From: an uncultured Gemmatimonadota bacterium
GTDB lineage: Bacteria; JAAXHH01; JABIQT01
Direction: 5' to 3'
Length of the DNA: 64,000 nt
NCBI GenBank assembly: GCA_964470965.1
Contig: CAYYIS010000010.1
Coordinates: forward strand, 25,581 to 89,580
Part shown: one piece after another, positions 10,212 through 19,004 of the stretch
Layout of the letters: every line of letters starts with the position of its first letter
Position numbering within the stretch: the stretch's first letter is position 1
Notes under the pieces: model-generated
What the model was told of the DNA's origin: nothing
Database searches by the model: none
Seen by the model: the letters and a program-made list of their open reading frames with translations, nothing else
Position numbers and translations under genes: made by a program

Positions 10212-10424
10212 TTAGGTAAAGACGACATCTACGGTGTGGTAGCACTCACGGTGGCTCTGACAATCTTCCGGACCAACTACGATATCATCCGGTCCCATTA
10301 CGTTAAGCGTCCGAAGGCACCAATACGGAGTGCTCGAATAATCCACCGCCAGGAAATCGATATCTTCCTGGGTCGGAATATGACACTTTTTGGTTCGGAG
10401 GTGCCGGCATACAGGTTGTGCCAT
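10212..10424 (-). CDS. Small Cys-rich hypothetical protein (70 aa) immediately downstream of the molybdoenzyme operon
   Basis: Perfect SD caggagg 6 nt upstream of the ATG; 5 Cys plus CQSHRECYH; no recognisable family. Confidence 0.4.
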   Translation of the reverse strand: MAQPVCRHLRTKKCHIPTQEDIDFLAVDYSSTPYWCLRTLNVMGPDDIVVGPEDCQSHRECYHTVDVVFT

Positions 10425-10449
10425 GTTTATATCCTCCTGGAAATCTAAC

Positions 10450-11424
10450 TTAGGCTATATCCATAATGGCCTGAGTCACTATGTTCTGAGTCATCTCGAT
10501 TTTGTATTCATTATCGCTCATCGGGTCGGCTTCTTGCAATGCTCGCTGAGCCGCTTCCATTGCGACCGATTCCGTGATCTGCTTGCCTTGCAGGTATTGC
10601 TCCACCTCCGGTACACGCCAGGGTACCGGGGCCACGCCACCCAGCACCACACTGGCTTCCTGGCAGGTGTTGCCTGACATGGTCATGTTGAGCGCCACGC
10701 TGGCCATGGCAAAGTCGATGGAATCCCGCTCACGAACTTTGATGTAGATGCCCTTCGTGTTTGGTTTCGGTGCGGGGACGATGATCTCGGAGACGAATTC
10801 ATTCGCCCGCAGGCCGTTTTCGCGCATCACGTTCATCTCGGGCAGCACGAAGAAATCATCCAGGAGTTCAACCCGTTCGCCCCGCTGCCCCATGATTTTC
10901 ACGGAGGCGTTGAGCGACATCAATGCCACGGCCGAGTCTGACGGATGGACGATGTAGCAGGGACCGCCGCCGATGATGGCGTGGTACCTGTTGACTCCGC
11001 GAACCGAATAGCAGGTATCCCCGCCCTTCTTGAGGCAGTCGAAATCCTCGCTACGGTAGTACCAGCAGCGAGGCCTCTGGCAGATATTTCCGGCGATCGT
11101 GCCTACATTACGGATCTGTGGCGACGCGATCACGCTAACAGCCTGCTGTAGCACGCTGTATTGTTTGTCGATCATTTCGTTGTGTTCCACATCCGTGAGC
11201 GTTGTGAGCGGACCGATCTTCAATCCGTCGTCTTCCTGGCGGATGTAACTGAGTCCAGGAATTGATTTTAGGTTCACCACACGGTCCGGTGTGGCTATGT
11301 ATTCCTTCAATTCGCCGACAAGATCGGTACCGCCGGCCAGAACCTGGGCCTGGCCGAATCTCCGGCCAAGGAGAGACGGCACCTTGGCGGCGCTCGTCGC
11401 ATTGACGTAGGCAAATTTTTTCAT
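10450..11424 (-). CDS. Xanthine dehydrogenase/CO dehydrogenase-family FAD-binding medium subunit (CoxM/XdhB-like)
   Basis: AGGTDLVGELK FAD-binding motif of molybdopterin dehydrogenases; about 324 aa. Confidence 0.85.
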   Translation of the reverse strand: MKKFAYVNATSAAKVPSLLGRRFGQAQVLAGGTDLVGELKEYIATPDRVVNLKSIPGLSYIRQEDDGLKIGPLTTLTDVEHNEMIDKQYSVLQQAVSVIASPQIRNVGTIAGNICQRPRCWYYRSEDFDCLKKGGDTCYSVRGVNRYHAIIGGGPCYIVHPSDSAVALMSLNASVKIMGQRGERVELLDDFFVLPEMNVMRENGLRANEFVSEIIVPAPKPNTKGIYIKVRERDSIDFAMASVALNMTMSGNTCQEASVVLGGVAPVPWRVPEVEQYLQGKQITESVAMEAAQRALQEADPMSDNEYKIEMTQNIVTQAIMDIA

Positions 11425-11427
11425 AAT

Positions 11428-13650
11428 TTATCCCTCCCTCACTTCAGCCAGAGCGGCCAGCACTTTATCCGGTGTAACGGGTATTGCCCTTACGCGCGCT
11501 CCACATGCATTATAAACCGCATTGGCGATGGCCGGCGCTGTCGGAATGATCGGGGGTTCGCCGATGCCGATGACACCGCGCTCCGGCTGATCATAGGCCA
11601 CGACCTCGATCTCCGGAATGTCCATGGCGCCGATGACCCGGTAGGCTTCCAGATTAGGATTGACCATGTAACCGGCCCGGGGATCCATGATGCGTTCTTC
11701 GTAGAGTCCGTATCCGATACCCATCAACACACCACCGTTGACCTGGCTTTCCCACAGTAATGGATTCATGATCAGGCCGCTGGAATTCACCGCCACGACA
11801 CGTATTACTTTCACTACACCGGTTGCCGTGTTCACTTCCGCCTCGACGAATTGTACGGTGGGGACACCGCTGCTGGAGTAGCCCGGCACCCATTGCCCCT
11901 GGACTATAAGGGGCTCATCACCCAACTGTGCCGCCGCTTGCTGCCAGGTCATGCTCTTGGACGGATCCGACGTGACGAACACCTTGCCGTCTTTTGCTTC
12001 CAGATCGTGCGGCGAAACGCCGAATATTGAGGAGGCGAATGTATCGAAAAGTTTCAATTTCGCCATCTGTACCGTGTTCTTCACTGCCGGTGATACGGAG
12101 GCGCACGTGGTGCTGCCGCCGCTACCGCCCGAGGGCGGGTAGTTGGTATCACCGATCTTAACGATGATATCTTCCAGGGTCAGACCAAATTCTTCCGCTG
12201 CGATCTGGGCGATAACGGTCTTGGTTCCCACACCTACATCTTGAGTGCCGCACCGGATTTCAACACTGCCGTCCGGATGAATCACACCTTCTGCCTTGGT
12301 CCTTCCGCCGCCACCGCCCCATACGCCAGAGCCCATTCCCATGCCGCGTTGAATGCCGGTCGCGGGACCCGGTGTCTGCCGGCGTTTGCTCCATCCGAAT
12401 TTCTCGGCGCCGATTTTGACCATCTCCCGCCGGGTTTCATTCGGATCGTTTTTCTGCCGTAATTCCATGGGGTCCATGTCGAGCTTAACTGCCAGCTCGT
12501 CCATGATGGATTCCATCGCGAAAGCAGCCTGTGGATGTCCCGGTGCACGCAGCGCAGCCTGGGGACCGCCGTGTGTGTACACGTCTATCTGTTCGACGCG
12601 AAAGTTAGGTATTTCGTAAAGATAGGGCGCTCCCGGAAGGCCGGCCCGGCCGGCGATACCGCCGGATCCGAAGTTTTTCCGTTTGTACGCCACGATCGTC
12701 CCGTCACTTTTTGCGCCGATTTCCACACTCTGAAATGAATCCGGCCGGTTACCGGTGGTCAGGTGCTCTTCCTTACGGGTGAGCATGAGTTTGACCGGTA
12801 CTCCGGCTTTTCTCGCCAGGAGTGCGGCAACCGCATATTCTGGCCGCGGTCCCAGCTTACTTCCGAAGCCTCCGCCCATGTGGTCTTTGATGACGCGTAC
12901 GTCGGAATTGGGAATCCCGAAGAACTGGGACAGACCGCCCTGGGTCGCGGAGATCGCCTGGGTCGAAGCCCAGAGCGTCAGTTTTCCGCCTTCCCAGTGG
13001 GCGATGGACCCGTGTGTTTCCAGAGACACGTGGGTGTGCACTTCCGTCTTGTAATCCGCGTCGACCTTCACATCCGCTTCAGCAAATCCGGCATTTACAT
13101 CGCCCTGCTCGTTGACGCGCGGTTCGCCGGCGTTGGGCCGGTCGTCCTGAACTTGTGCGGCTCCGTTTTCCATGGCCTTATCCGCATGGACCACGAACGG
13201 GAGTTCCGTATATTCGACTTCGATCAGGTGAAGGGCATCCTCTGCAATTTCTGGCGTCATGGCCGCTACGGCCGCCACTTCCTGGCCGGCATACCGGCAC
13301 TCGCGCCGTAACAGGTCGCCGGCTCCTTCGTCATCCGGAAGAATGACGACCTTCACGCCAGGCAGGGCCATGGCTTGGGTCGCATCGATCCTGGTGACCC
13401 TCGCTCTCGGATAGGCGGAACGCAGGATTTTTCCGTACAGCATGCCGGGAAACTTCATGTCATACGTATATTTTGCGCTGCCGGTGACTTTTTCAACCGC
13501 GTCGATCCGGGTGTGGCGTTGTCCCACATATTTCATGTCAGAGAGGTCGCCCCATCCTTCCACACCGGTGTCCGGCACATCGACCCAACTTTCCACGGTC
13601 TGGCCCCGTCTCCGGGTTACGATTTTAACTTTTTTCATCTTTATCTGCAT
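11428..13650 (-). CDS. Xanthine dehydrogenase-family molybdopterin-binding large subunit (aldehyde oxidase/CoxL-like)
   Basis: MGGGFGSKL Mo-cofactor motif; 740 aa. It lacks the form-I CODH VAYRCSFR loop. Confidence 0.9.
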   Translation of the reverse strand: MQIKMKKVKIVTRRRGQTVESWVDVPDTGVEGWGDLSDMKYVGQRHTRIDAVEKVTGSAKYTYDMKFPGMLYGKILRSAYPRARVTRIDATQAMALPGVKVVILPDDEGAGDLLRRECRYAGQEVAAVAAMTPEIAEDALHLIEVEYTELPFVVHADKAMENGAAQVQDDRPNAGEPRVNEQGDVNAGFAEADVKVDADYKTEVHTHVSLETHGSIAHWEGGKLTLWASTQAISATQGGLSQFFGIPNSDVRVIKDHMGGGFGSKLGPRPEYAVAALLARKAGVPVKLMLTRKEEHLTTGNRPDSFQSVEIGAKSDGTIVAYKRKNFGSGGIAGRAGLPGAPYLYEIPNFRVEQIDVYTHGGPQAALRAPGHPQAAFAMESIMDELAVKLDMDPMELRQKNDPNETRREMVKIGAEKFGWSKRRQTPGPATGIQRGMGMGSGVWGGGGGRTKAEGVIHPDGSVEIRCGTQDVGVGTKTVIAQIAAEEFGLTLEDIIVKIGDTNYPPSGGSGGSTTCASVSPAVKNTVQMAKLKLFDTFASSIFGVSPHDLEAKDGKVFVTSDPSKSMTWQQAAAQLGDEPLIVQGQWVPGYSSSGVPTVQFVEAEVNTATGVVKVIRVVAVNSSGLIMNPLLWESQVNGGVLMGIGYGLYEERIMDPRAGYMVNPNLEAYRVIGAMDIPEIEVVAYDQPERGVIGIGEPPIIPTAPAIANAVYNACGARVRAIPVTPDKVLAALAEVREG

Positions 13651-13654
13651 CGTA

Positions 13655-14323
13655 TCACCCTCCGTTCCGCATTTTCTGCGCGGCGGCGAGAGCGGCCTCG
13701 AAGACCCGCGGATAGGTACCGCACCGACATATATTTCCGGATACTCCGCGTTTCACTTCCTCAAGCGTAGGATTGTTATTTTGATCGAGCAGCGCTTTCG
13801 TGGAAACGACAAAGCCCGGCGTACAGAAGCCGCACATCAACGCATCTTTCTCGATAAACGCCTCCTGAACGGGATGCAGTTTATCGGCGTCGGCGATTCC
13901 TTCGACCGTGGTAATCTCTTTGTCCTCCGCGTCGAGGGCAAGCATGGTACAGCTGTAGACGGTCCTACCGTTGATGATGACCGTGCATGCCCCGCATTCT
14001 CCACGGTCACACACGAGTTTCGATCCGGTAATTTCGAGCTGATTCCTCAACACAGAAGAAAGTGTCGCGCGCGCTTCTATATTCACCAGGTGCTTCTTGC
14101 CGTTTATGTTGAGCTGGATCTGTGTTTCGGTCACACCGGGGAGTTCATCGATCGATTGCTCGGCCTCCGCCTGGCTTATCAGCACGGCAGGGGCCACCGC
14201 GGCCGTCACGGCACCAGTGCCCACCCCTTTTAAGAATCCACGTCTGGTAATCGACAGGCTGCCGGATACCGGTGTCTGAGATTCCTCGTGGATTTGCTGT
14301 CCATCATGTTGCTTCTCAACCAC
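13655..14323 (-). CDS. [2Fe-2S]-binding small subunit of the molybdoenzyme, carrying a twin-arginine (TAT) signal peptide
   Basis: SITRRGFLKGVGTGAVTAAVAPAVL TAT signal; CGACTV and CGFC...C ferredoxin-type cysteine clusters. Confidence 0.85.
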   Translation of the reverse strand: MVEKQHDGQQIHEESQTPVSGSLSITRRGFLKGVGTGAVTAAVAPAVLISQAEAEQSIDELPGVTETQIQLNINGKKHLVNIEARATLSSVLRNQLEITGSKLVCDRGECGACTVIINGRTVYSCTMLALDAEDKEITTVEGIADADKLHPVQEAFIEKDALMCGFCTPGFVVSTKALLDQNNNPTLEEVKRGVSGNICRCGTYPRVFEAALAAAQKMRNGG

Positions 14324-14754
14324 ATTGCCTCCTCCCTCGCATGAAATCAGAGCACGGTATCATTGAATCGGTTCTGTTTTCCGGAGTTAGAGTTAACGGT
14401 GATTATGCGCCAGTGATTCAAGACTATAATGATTGTAAAGATATTGGATTTAAACGCGTTTTCTATGATGAAACAGATTGTATTTTTAATATGCTGACAC
14501 GGATTGCACCGGTCAAGTTATTTCCTATCCTGTTAAAATCGGATTTCCCCGAAGGCACGGATTGCCATAAATAGAATCTAAATTGCAATAATCCCGCTTT
14601 TACATTGAAATTTTTGTTGATGAACACATATTCTTCTGGCGTATTCCTCCCTCAAAACCTTGACTTTTTTAGAGTTTCAGAGTAGTTTAATGGAACAGGA
14701 GCAGAGCGATAAAAAGCAAAATTTCACACATACAACATTCAGGAGGTATGAGGG

Positions 14755-15414
14755 ATGAAAAACGCTGTATTTGGCCTCTTCCTTACGCTTGCCATAGCAT
14801 CTGTGGCACTTGCCCGCACCCCGGTTATTTCGGGAGACTATGTTGAAGTCCGTTCGAATCACATCATAGCCGGCGGGTGCACCTATTCCGCCGAAGCGGT
14901 CTACGATGGCAACCGGGCAGTGATGTCCTGGCGGATCACCGGAGGCGAACTGGCGAACCTTTCGGTTGTAGCGGTAGTCCTGGGGGAGGGCAACCTCCAA
15001 CTGGGCGACCACGCCCGCGAAACCGTCCTTTTCATCGATCACGGTGCCACTCCGGCACAGCTGGTGATGCTGGTGGATACCTTTGTTGAACGTTACGGTG
15101 ATGTGTTCGGTACGATCAAAACAGTCCAGTCGGCAGCTATCGACTTCAGTCATAACGGCGGCGATGCATTCCGGATAACGATTCCCGGTGAAGTCCAGGT
15201 CGTAACCCGCACCATGGTAGAAGCGGACCACGAATATTCATGCGACCCGCAGGTCTGGTACGGTGCGTTCGCCGGTGACGTCCCGGTGCGGCTTGCACAG
15301 ACCGCCAGGAATGCCTACAGCGGCAAGTTGCTGAATTCCAATTGGAAGACGGTCAACAAGCGAAGCGCCTACATCGGTAAATTCTCGTTTGCGGAAGACT
15401 TGGCCGTCCGTTAA
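14755..15414 (+). CDS. Secreted hypothetical protein (219 aa) with a signal peptide
   Basis: MKNAVFGLFLTLAIASVALA signal; SD aggagg; followed by an intrinsic terminator. Confidence 0.6.
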   Translation: MKNAVFGLFLTLAIASVALARTPVISGDYVEVRSNHIIAGGCTYSAEAVYDGNRAVMSWRITGGELANLSVVAVVLGEGNLQLGDHARETVLFIDHGATPAQLVMLVDTFVERYGDVFGTIKTVQSAAIDFSHNGGDAFRITIPGEVQVVTRTMVEADHEYSCDPQVWYGAFAGDVPVRLAQTARNAYSGKLLNSNWKTVNKRSAYIGKFSFAEDLAVR

Positions 15415-15440
15415 GTTTTCAAAACGATTGAAATAGTTAA

Positions 15441-15490
15441 GAACAGCCCTGGCCGTTCATGGACAGGGCTGTTCTATGTTTTGGTATTTT
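15441..15490 (+). terminator. Rho-independent terminator
   Basis: gaacagccctg / cagggctgttc 11-bp stem followed by tatgttttggtatttt. Confidence 0.6.
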
Positions 15491-15669
15491 AGCGTGTACT
15501 TATTATGGGTTGGAGCGTATCATTGACATTGCCGGCTAATGAAGGTTTCTTAATGTTGTTTGTATTGTTTGTAATTAGATTCCCGAAGTCTGTGCAACCT
15601 GTTTTTTGTTAAAGGCTGTTGAGCGTCTTTTGACTTACAAATTACCCACGTCAACAATGGAGGCATAAT

Positions 15670-16191
15670 TTGATGAATTCCCTTATTAGAGTGCGGGCGC
15701 GCAAAGACGATGGCTCGGTAGAACTGACCATTGGTTTCTCTAAAGCATTACTTGTTACCATGATCGTTCTTTCCCTGGGTTTGATTTCTCTGGGGTACGG
15801 TGTTGTGCCTGCCGAGTCTCAGGCAAAAAAGAGCGGTAAGAAGGCCATCAATCCTAACCAGGTCTACAGTGAAGCCGTCGAAGCCGGTGATTTCGTGTTT
15901 CTCTCCGGTAAGATTGCATATCGCCAGGGCAAGGTGGTTCCTGGTGGTGTGAAAGCCGAAACAAAGTACGTGCTGGACAATCTCAAAATCGCACTGGCCA
16001 AGTCGGGACTGGAGATGGATGATGTGGTCCGGACCACCGTATATCTGAAGACGTTGGAAGATTACGCCGGCATGAATGAAGTGTACCAGACCTACTGGGA
16101 AAACGATCCTCCTGCACGGACGACGGTTGAAGCCGGTGTTGTACTGAATACTAGCATTGAGATCGATATTATCGCCTATCGTGGACAGTAG
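15670..16191 (+). CDS. RidA/YjgF/TdcF-family (enamine/imine deaminase-like) protein with an N-terminal transmembrane anchor
   Basis: C-terminal 120 aa match the RidA fold (NPNQVYSEAVEAGDFVFLSGKIA ... TTVYLKTLEDYAGMNEVY); the N-terminal TM is LLVTMIVLSLGLISLGYGVV. Confidence 0.75.
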   Translation: MMNSLIRVRARKDDGSVELTIGFSKALLVTMIVLSLGLISLGYGVVPAESQAKKSGKKAINPNQVYSEAVEAGDFVFLSGKIAYRQGKVVPGGVKAETKYVLDNLKIALAKSGLEMDDVVRTTVYLKTLEDYAGMNEVYQTYWENDPPARTTVEAGVVLNTSIEIDIIAYRGQ

Positions 16192-16378
16192 TCGCGCAAC
16201 CGGATTATGGACCACTGAACGTTGGTCGGTCGGACAGGAAAAAACCCTTGTCCCCGTACACTTTTCGATTTATATTGATTCGTGCTGAATCGGGAGGATT
16301 CGAAACCAATTGCCGTAGTGCGCGTATATCCGCTTTATAGAACATTAGTTTTAGTTTCATTATACAGGAGGCGTTACA

Positions 16379-16903
16379 ATGAAGCGTTTTTTAGCACTTT
16401 TTGCGGTATGCACGGCCCTTTCTATCGTGATGGGGCCGTCCGTCACCTTTGCCCAGCATGACGACCCTGATATGGAATGGGAAGACATGGATGAGATGGC
16501 GGAAGATGAAGGCGTGGAGGGGGTAGAGTCCAAAGTCCTTTACGAACGCTGGGGCGGCAAGGTCGCTATCAAGGGCGTGGTCAGCGAATTCACCTCCCGT
16601 GTCCTGGGTGACGAACGTGTCAACATGCACTTTTTGGAAACCGATAAGGCTGCTTGGCGGCTGCAGCTGGTCGGTCAGCTTTCCGATGCTTCGGGCGGTC
16701 CCATGTTTATGGGCAAGACCCTCCTGGTTATGCACCAGGACCTTGGATTGGCTGATGAAGATCTGGCGATTGTTACGGGGCATTTGAGCATGGCCATGGA
16801 CTGGTTCGAGTTCGAGCAGGCTGAAAAGGACGAACTTCTGGTGAAATTGAAGCTCAAAACACCTGAAACAGCGGCACCCGATGCGCCTGAAGAACCCAAT
16901 TAA
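16379..16903 (+). CDS. Secreted group-I truncated-haemoglobin-like protein (2/2 globin) with an acidic N-terminal extension
   Basis: VLYERWGGKVAIKGVVSEFTSRVLGDERVNMHF aligns to the trHbN B-helix region. The proximal His (LLVMHQDL) is retained; the B10 position is Thr rather than Tyr; signal peptide ends ...FAQ. Confidence 0.6.
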   Translation: MKRFLALFAVCTALSIVMGPSVTFAQHDDPDMEWEDMDEMAEDEGVEGVESKVLYERWGGKVAIKGVVSEFTSRVLGDERVNMHFLETDKAAWRLQLVGQLSDASGGPMFMGKTLLVMHQDLGLADEDLAIVTGHLSMAMDWFEFEQAEKDELLVKLKLKTPETAAPDAPEEPN

Positions 16904-16925
16904 AACCATAATGAGGAGTGATTGG

Positions 16926-17327
16926 ATGAAAAGAGATAAAAGCTCTCTCGCTGTGGTTATAGTGGGCGCTTTTGCCATGGGAGCATTGTTCACACTCGGA
17001 ACATTATCCTCTGGTGTCTCGCTTGCCCAGGACAACGCTGACGCTGGGTCTGCCATTTTCAACGACCATGAATGCCGGGGTTGCCACACGGTTCAGGCTG
17101 CGAAAATCGAATTAGATATCGGTGAACTTGAGCCGGATGAGGTGGATGAGGACGCTCCGGATCTGTCCGACGCCGGGCTCAAGCATGATCAAGAATGGAT
17201 CAAGCAGTATCTGAAGAAGAAGGTAAAGCTTAACGATGAAAAGCATGAAAAGAAATTCCGCGGTACCGATGAGGAATTCGAAACGTTGACTGCCTGGTTA
17301 TCTGCGTTGAAGACCGAAGCAAAGTAG
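16926..17327 (+). CDS. Monohaem c-type cytochrome (periplasmic) with a Lys/Glu-rich C-terminal tail
   Basis: CRGCH motif; signal peptide; SD aggagtg. Confidence 0.7.
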   Translation: MKRDKSSLAVVIVGAFAMGALFTLGTLSSGVSLAQDNADAGSAIFNDHECRGCHTVQAAKIELDIGELEPDEVDEDAPDLSDAGLKHDQEWIKQYLKKKVKLNDEKHEKKFRGTDEEFETLTAWLSALKTEAK

Positions 17328-17353
17328 AACTGCAGTAAGAAGGGGATACACGC

Positions 17354-18007
17354 ATGCCCGCTCCCTCTATACCTGGTGCCTTTATCATAATCCCCATTGT
17401 GCTGGCGATGGTCTTGGCCTGTATCGTTATTGCCAAACCCGCTATTCTCAGAAACGGTGCCGGGCAGATCTTAGGTTTTTTTGCGCTGTTCCTCCTTCCG
17501 ATCTCGGTCGGAGGAATGGGGGGCGCCATCCTCGACGACAATGCCCAAACTACGGAATACTGTCTATCCTGCCATATTATGGACGACTGGGGCCGGAGTC
17601 TCCATGTGGATGACAGTGAGTTTGTTCCGGCCGATCATTTCCAGAATTATTTGGTCTCCCGTGATAAATCATGTTACGTCTGCCATTCAGACTATGCGTG
17701 GTACGGGGGGATAACTGCCAAAATCCGCGGTATGAAGCATGTGTATGTCCAGTATATCGGGACCATGCCCGAACCGCTTGACATAGAACTGTACGAGCCG
17801 TTCAACAATCGGGAATGTTTGCAGTGCCATCAGGGCGCCCGGAGCTATGAAGAGAGCAGGCATCACCGCAAAGAAGGGGACATGCTCGCCCGGATCAACA
17901 GCAATGCACTCTCCTGCATGGAGAGCAAATGCCATGACGTCCAGCACAATATTGATGAGCTGGACGATTACGATGAAGATGAATTCTGGCAGGAGACAAT
18001 GGATTGA
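17354..18007 (+). CDS. Membrane-anchored multihaem cytochrome c (NapC/NirT/NrfH-like quinol dehydrogenase type)
   Basis: Two N-terminal TM helices; CLSCH, CYVCH and CLQCH plus an atypical CMESKCH (CX4CH) site. Confidence 0.65.
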   Translation: MPAPSIPGAFIIIPIVLAMVLACIVIAKPAILRNGAGQILGFFALFLLPISVGGMGGAILDDNAQTTEYCLSCHIMDDWGRSLHVDDSEFVPADHFQNYLVSRDKSCYVCHSDYAWYGGITAKIRGMKHVYVQYIGTMPEPLDIELYEPFNNRECLQCHQGARSYEESRHHRKEGDMLARINSNALSCMESKCHDVQHNIDELDDYDEDEFWQETMD

Positions 18008-18210
18008 TGCTTGCTCACCTTATGTCTTTTGAACGCGGTGTTCGGATATCCGGTGGTCTTGTCCTTTTGGGGCTGGTCATCGAAATAATAACGCTGAACT
18101 GGTCGCATCCAACCGCGATAATCTGGTACATGACGATCGGCGGCGGATGTTTTTTTATCGGTGTTGTGTATTATCTAGCGTTACTGATGTGGAGTAATAA
18201 AGAGGAATAA
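18007..18210 (+). CDS. Small 2-TM membrane protein (about 67 aa), translationally coupled to the multihaem cytochrome
   Basis: The start overlaps the upstream stop (TTG/ATG ... TGA); two hydrophobic helices. Confidence 0.35.
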   Translation: MLAHLMSFERGVRISGGLVLLGLVIEIITLNWSHPTAIIWYMTIGGGCFFIGVVYYLALLMWSNKEE

Positions 18211-18308
18211 CCGATCTCCCGCTATCCAACCGTATCATCCCACCGTACAGAAGACAATACAGTTTCGTATGAGAACAGGTTCTTCCAGCCTGTCTGGAGT
18301 AATTCCAT

Positions 18309-18968
18309 ATGAATAAAAATTCTAAGCTTTCTCGCCGTTCGTTTTTATCTCGTTCCGTTGCTGTTACGGGTGGTATTATCACTCTGGGTGTACTCGGTGT
18401 ACCCCGGAAGGCCAAGGGACAGGATGCATATGAGTTTGAAGTGTTGACAGACCGCCAGGCCGCGACGGTCGAAGCACTGGCTGAACGAATTATGCCGGGG
18501 GATTCGAACGGACCAGGCGCCACCGATGCACGTGTAGTCGTGTACATCGACAGGGCGCTGGCCACCCATCATGAACATGAAAAAGAAGAAGTCTACGATC
18601 ACGGCCTGGAGTGGTTTGATCGGTTTTCCACAGCGACCCAGGGCAAACCGTTTGTGGAATTGACTGCCGACCTGCAGGATGCGGTGCTTTCCGCTATGGA
18701 TAATCGTCAGAATCCGCCGGAATGGCCGGGTGAAGCCGCCATGACGAGCAGGGCCTGGTTGCGTCACATGATTGAGCATACGATGGAAGGTATGTTCTCC
18801 GATCCCATTTACGGTGGTAATACTAATGAAGCAGGTTGGAAGCTGCTCAATTTCCCCGGTCTGAAACCATTCGGGTACGACCCTCCTTTCGGTTACTATG
18901 ATGCGATCATACCGGAACTTGAATATCCTCCTTTTATACCGTATACAGGTCCGGGTAGAGAAGGATAG
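18309..18968 (+). CDS. Gluconate 2-dehydrogenase subunit 3 family protein, the TAT-signal small partner subunit of GMC dehydrogenases
   Basis: SRRSFLSRSVAVTGG TAT signal; conserved TDRQAATVEALAERIMPGDSNGPGATDARVVVYIDRAL region. Confidence 0.8.
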   Translation: MNKNSKLSRRSFLSRSVAVTGGIITLGVLGVPRKAKGQDAYEFEVLTDRQAATVEALAERIMPGDSNGPGATDARVVVYIDRALATHHEHEKEEVYDHGLEWFDRFSTATQGKPFVELTADLQDAVLSAMDNRQNPPEWPGEAAMTSRAWLRHMIEHTMEGMFSDPIYGGNTNEAGWKLLNFPGLKPFGYDPPFGYYDAIIPELEYPPFIPYTGPGREG

Positions 18969-19004
18969 TGCTGGATCTGAATTTATATCATTCGAGGAGT
19001 ACAG

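Noticed and set aside
11428-13650. Interpretation of the Mo enzyme as a form-I Cu-Mo carbon-monoxide dehydrogenase, suggested by the neighbouring copper chaperones
   Set aside because: The large subunit lacks the VAYRCSFR active-site loop and has FGSGGIAGRAG at the aligned position. Operon order is S-L-M rather than coxMSL, and the chaperones are SCO1/PCuAC-type, not CoxDEF.
13442-14233. Long opposite-strand ORFs. Examples: 13442-14233+, 12763-13311+, 16391-17089-, 18345-19328-, 20578-21354-, 26221-27087+, 39176-40324+, 49571-50293+, 58826-59839+, 60990-61592-.
   Set aside because: They are shadow ORFs typical of GC-rich DNA. In every case the overlapping ORF on the other strand has clear family signatures (molybdoenzyme, GMC, cytochrome, MetH, M6 protease, aminotransferase, Lut), while these translate to low-complexity Arg/Pro/Gly-rich sequence.
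14551-14566. Sigma54-like element GGCACGgatTGCca in the divergent region upstream of the secreted-protein gene
   Set aside because: The GG-to-GC spacing is 10 nt, not the 12 nt required by the TGGCACG-N4-TTGC consensus. It also lies 200 bp from the start codon.
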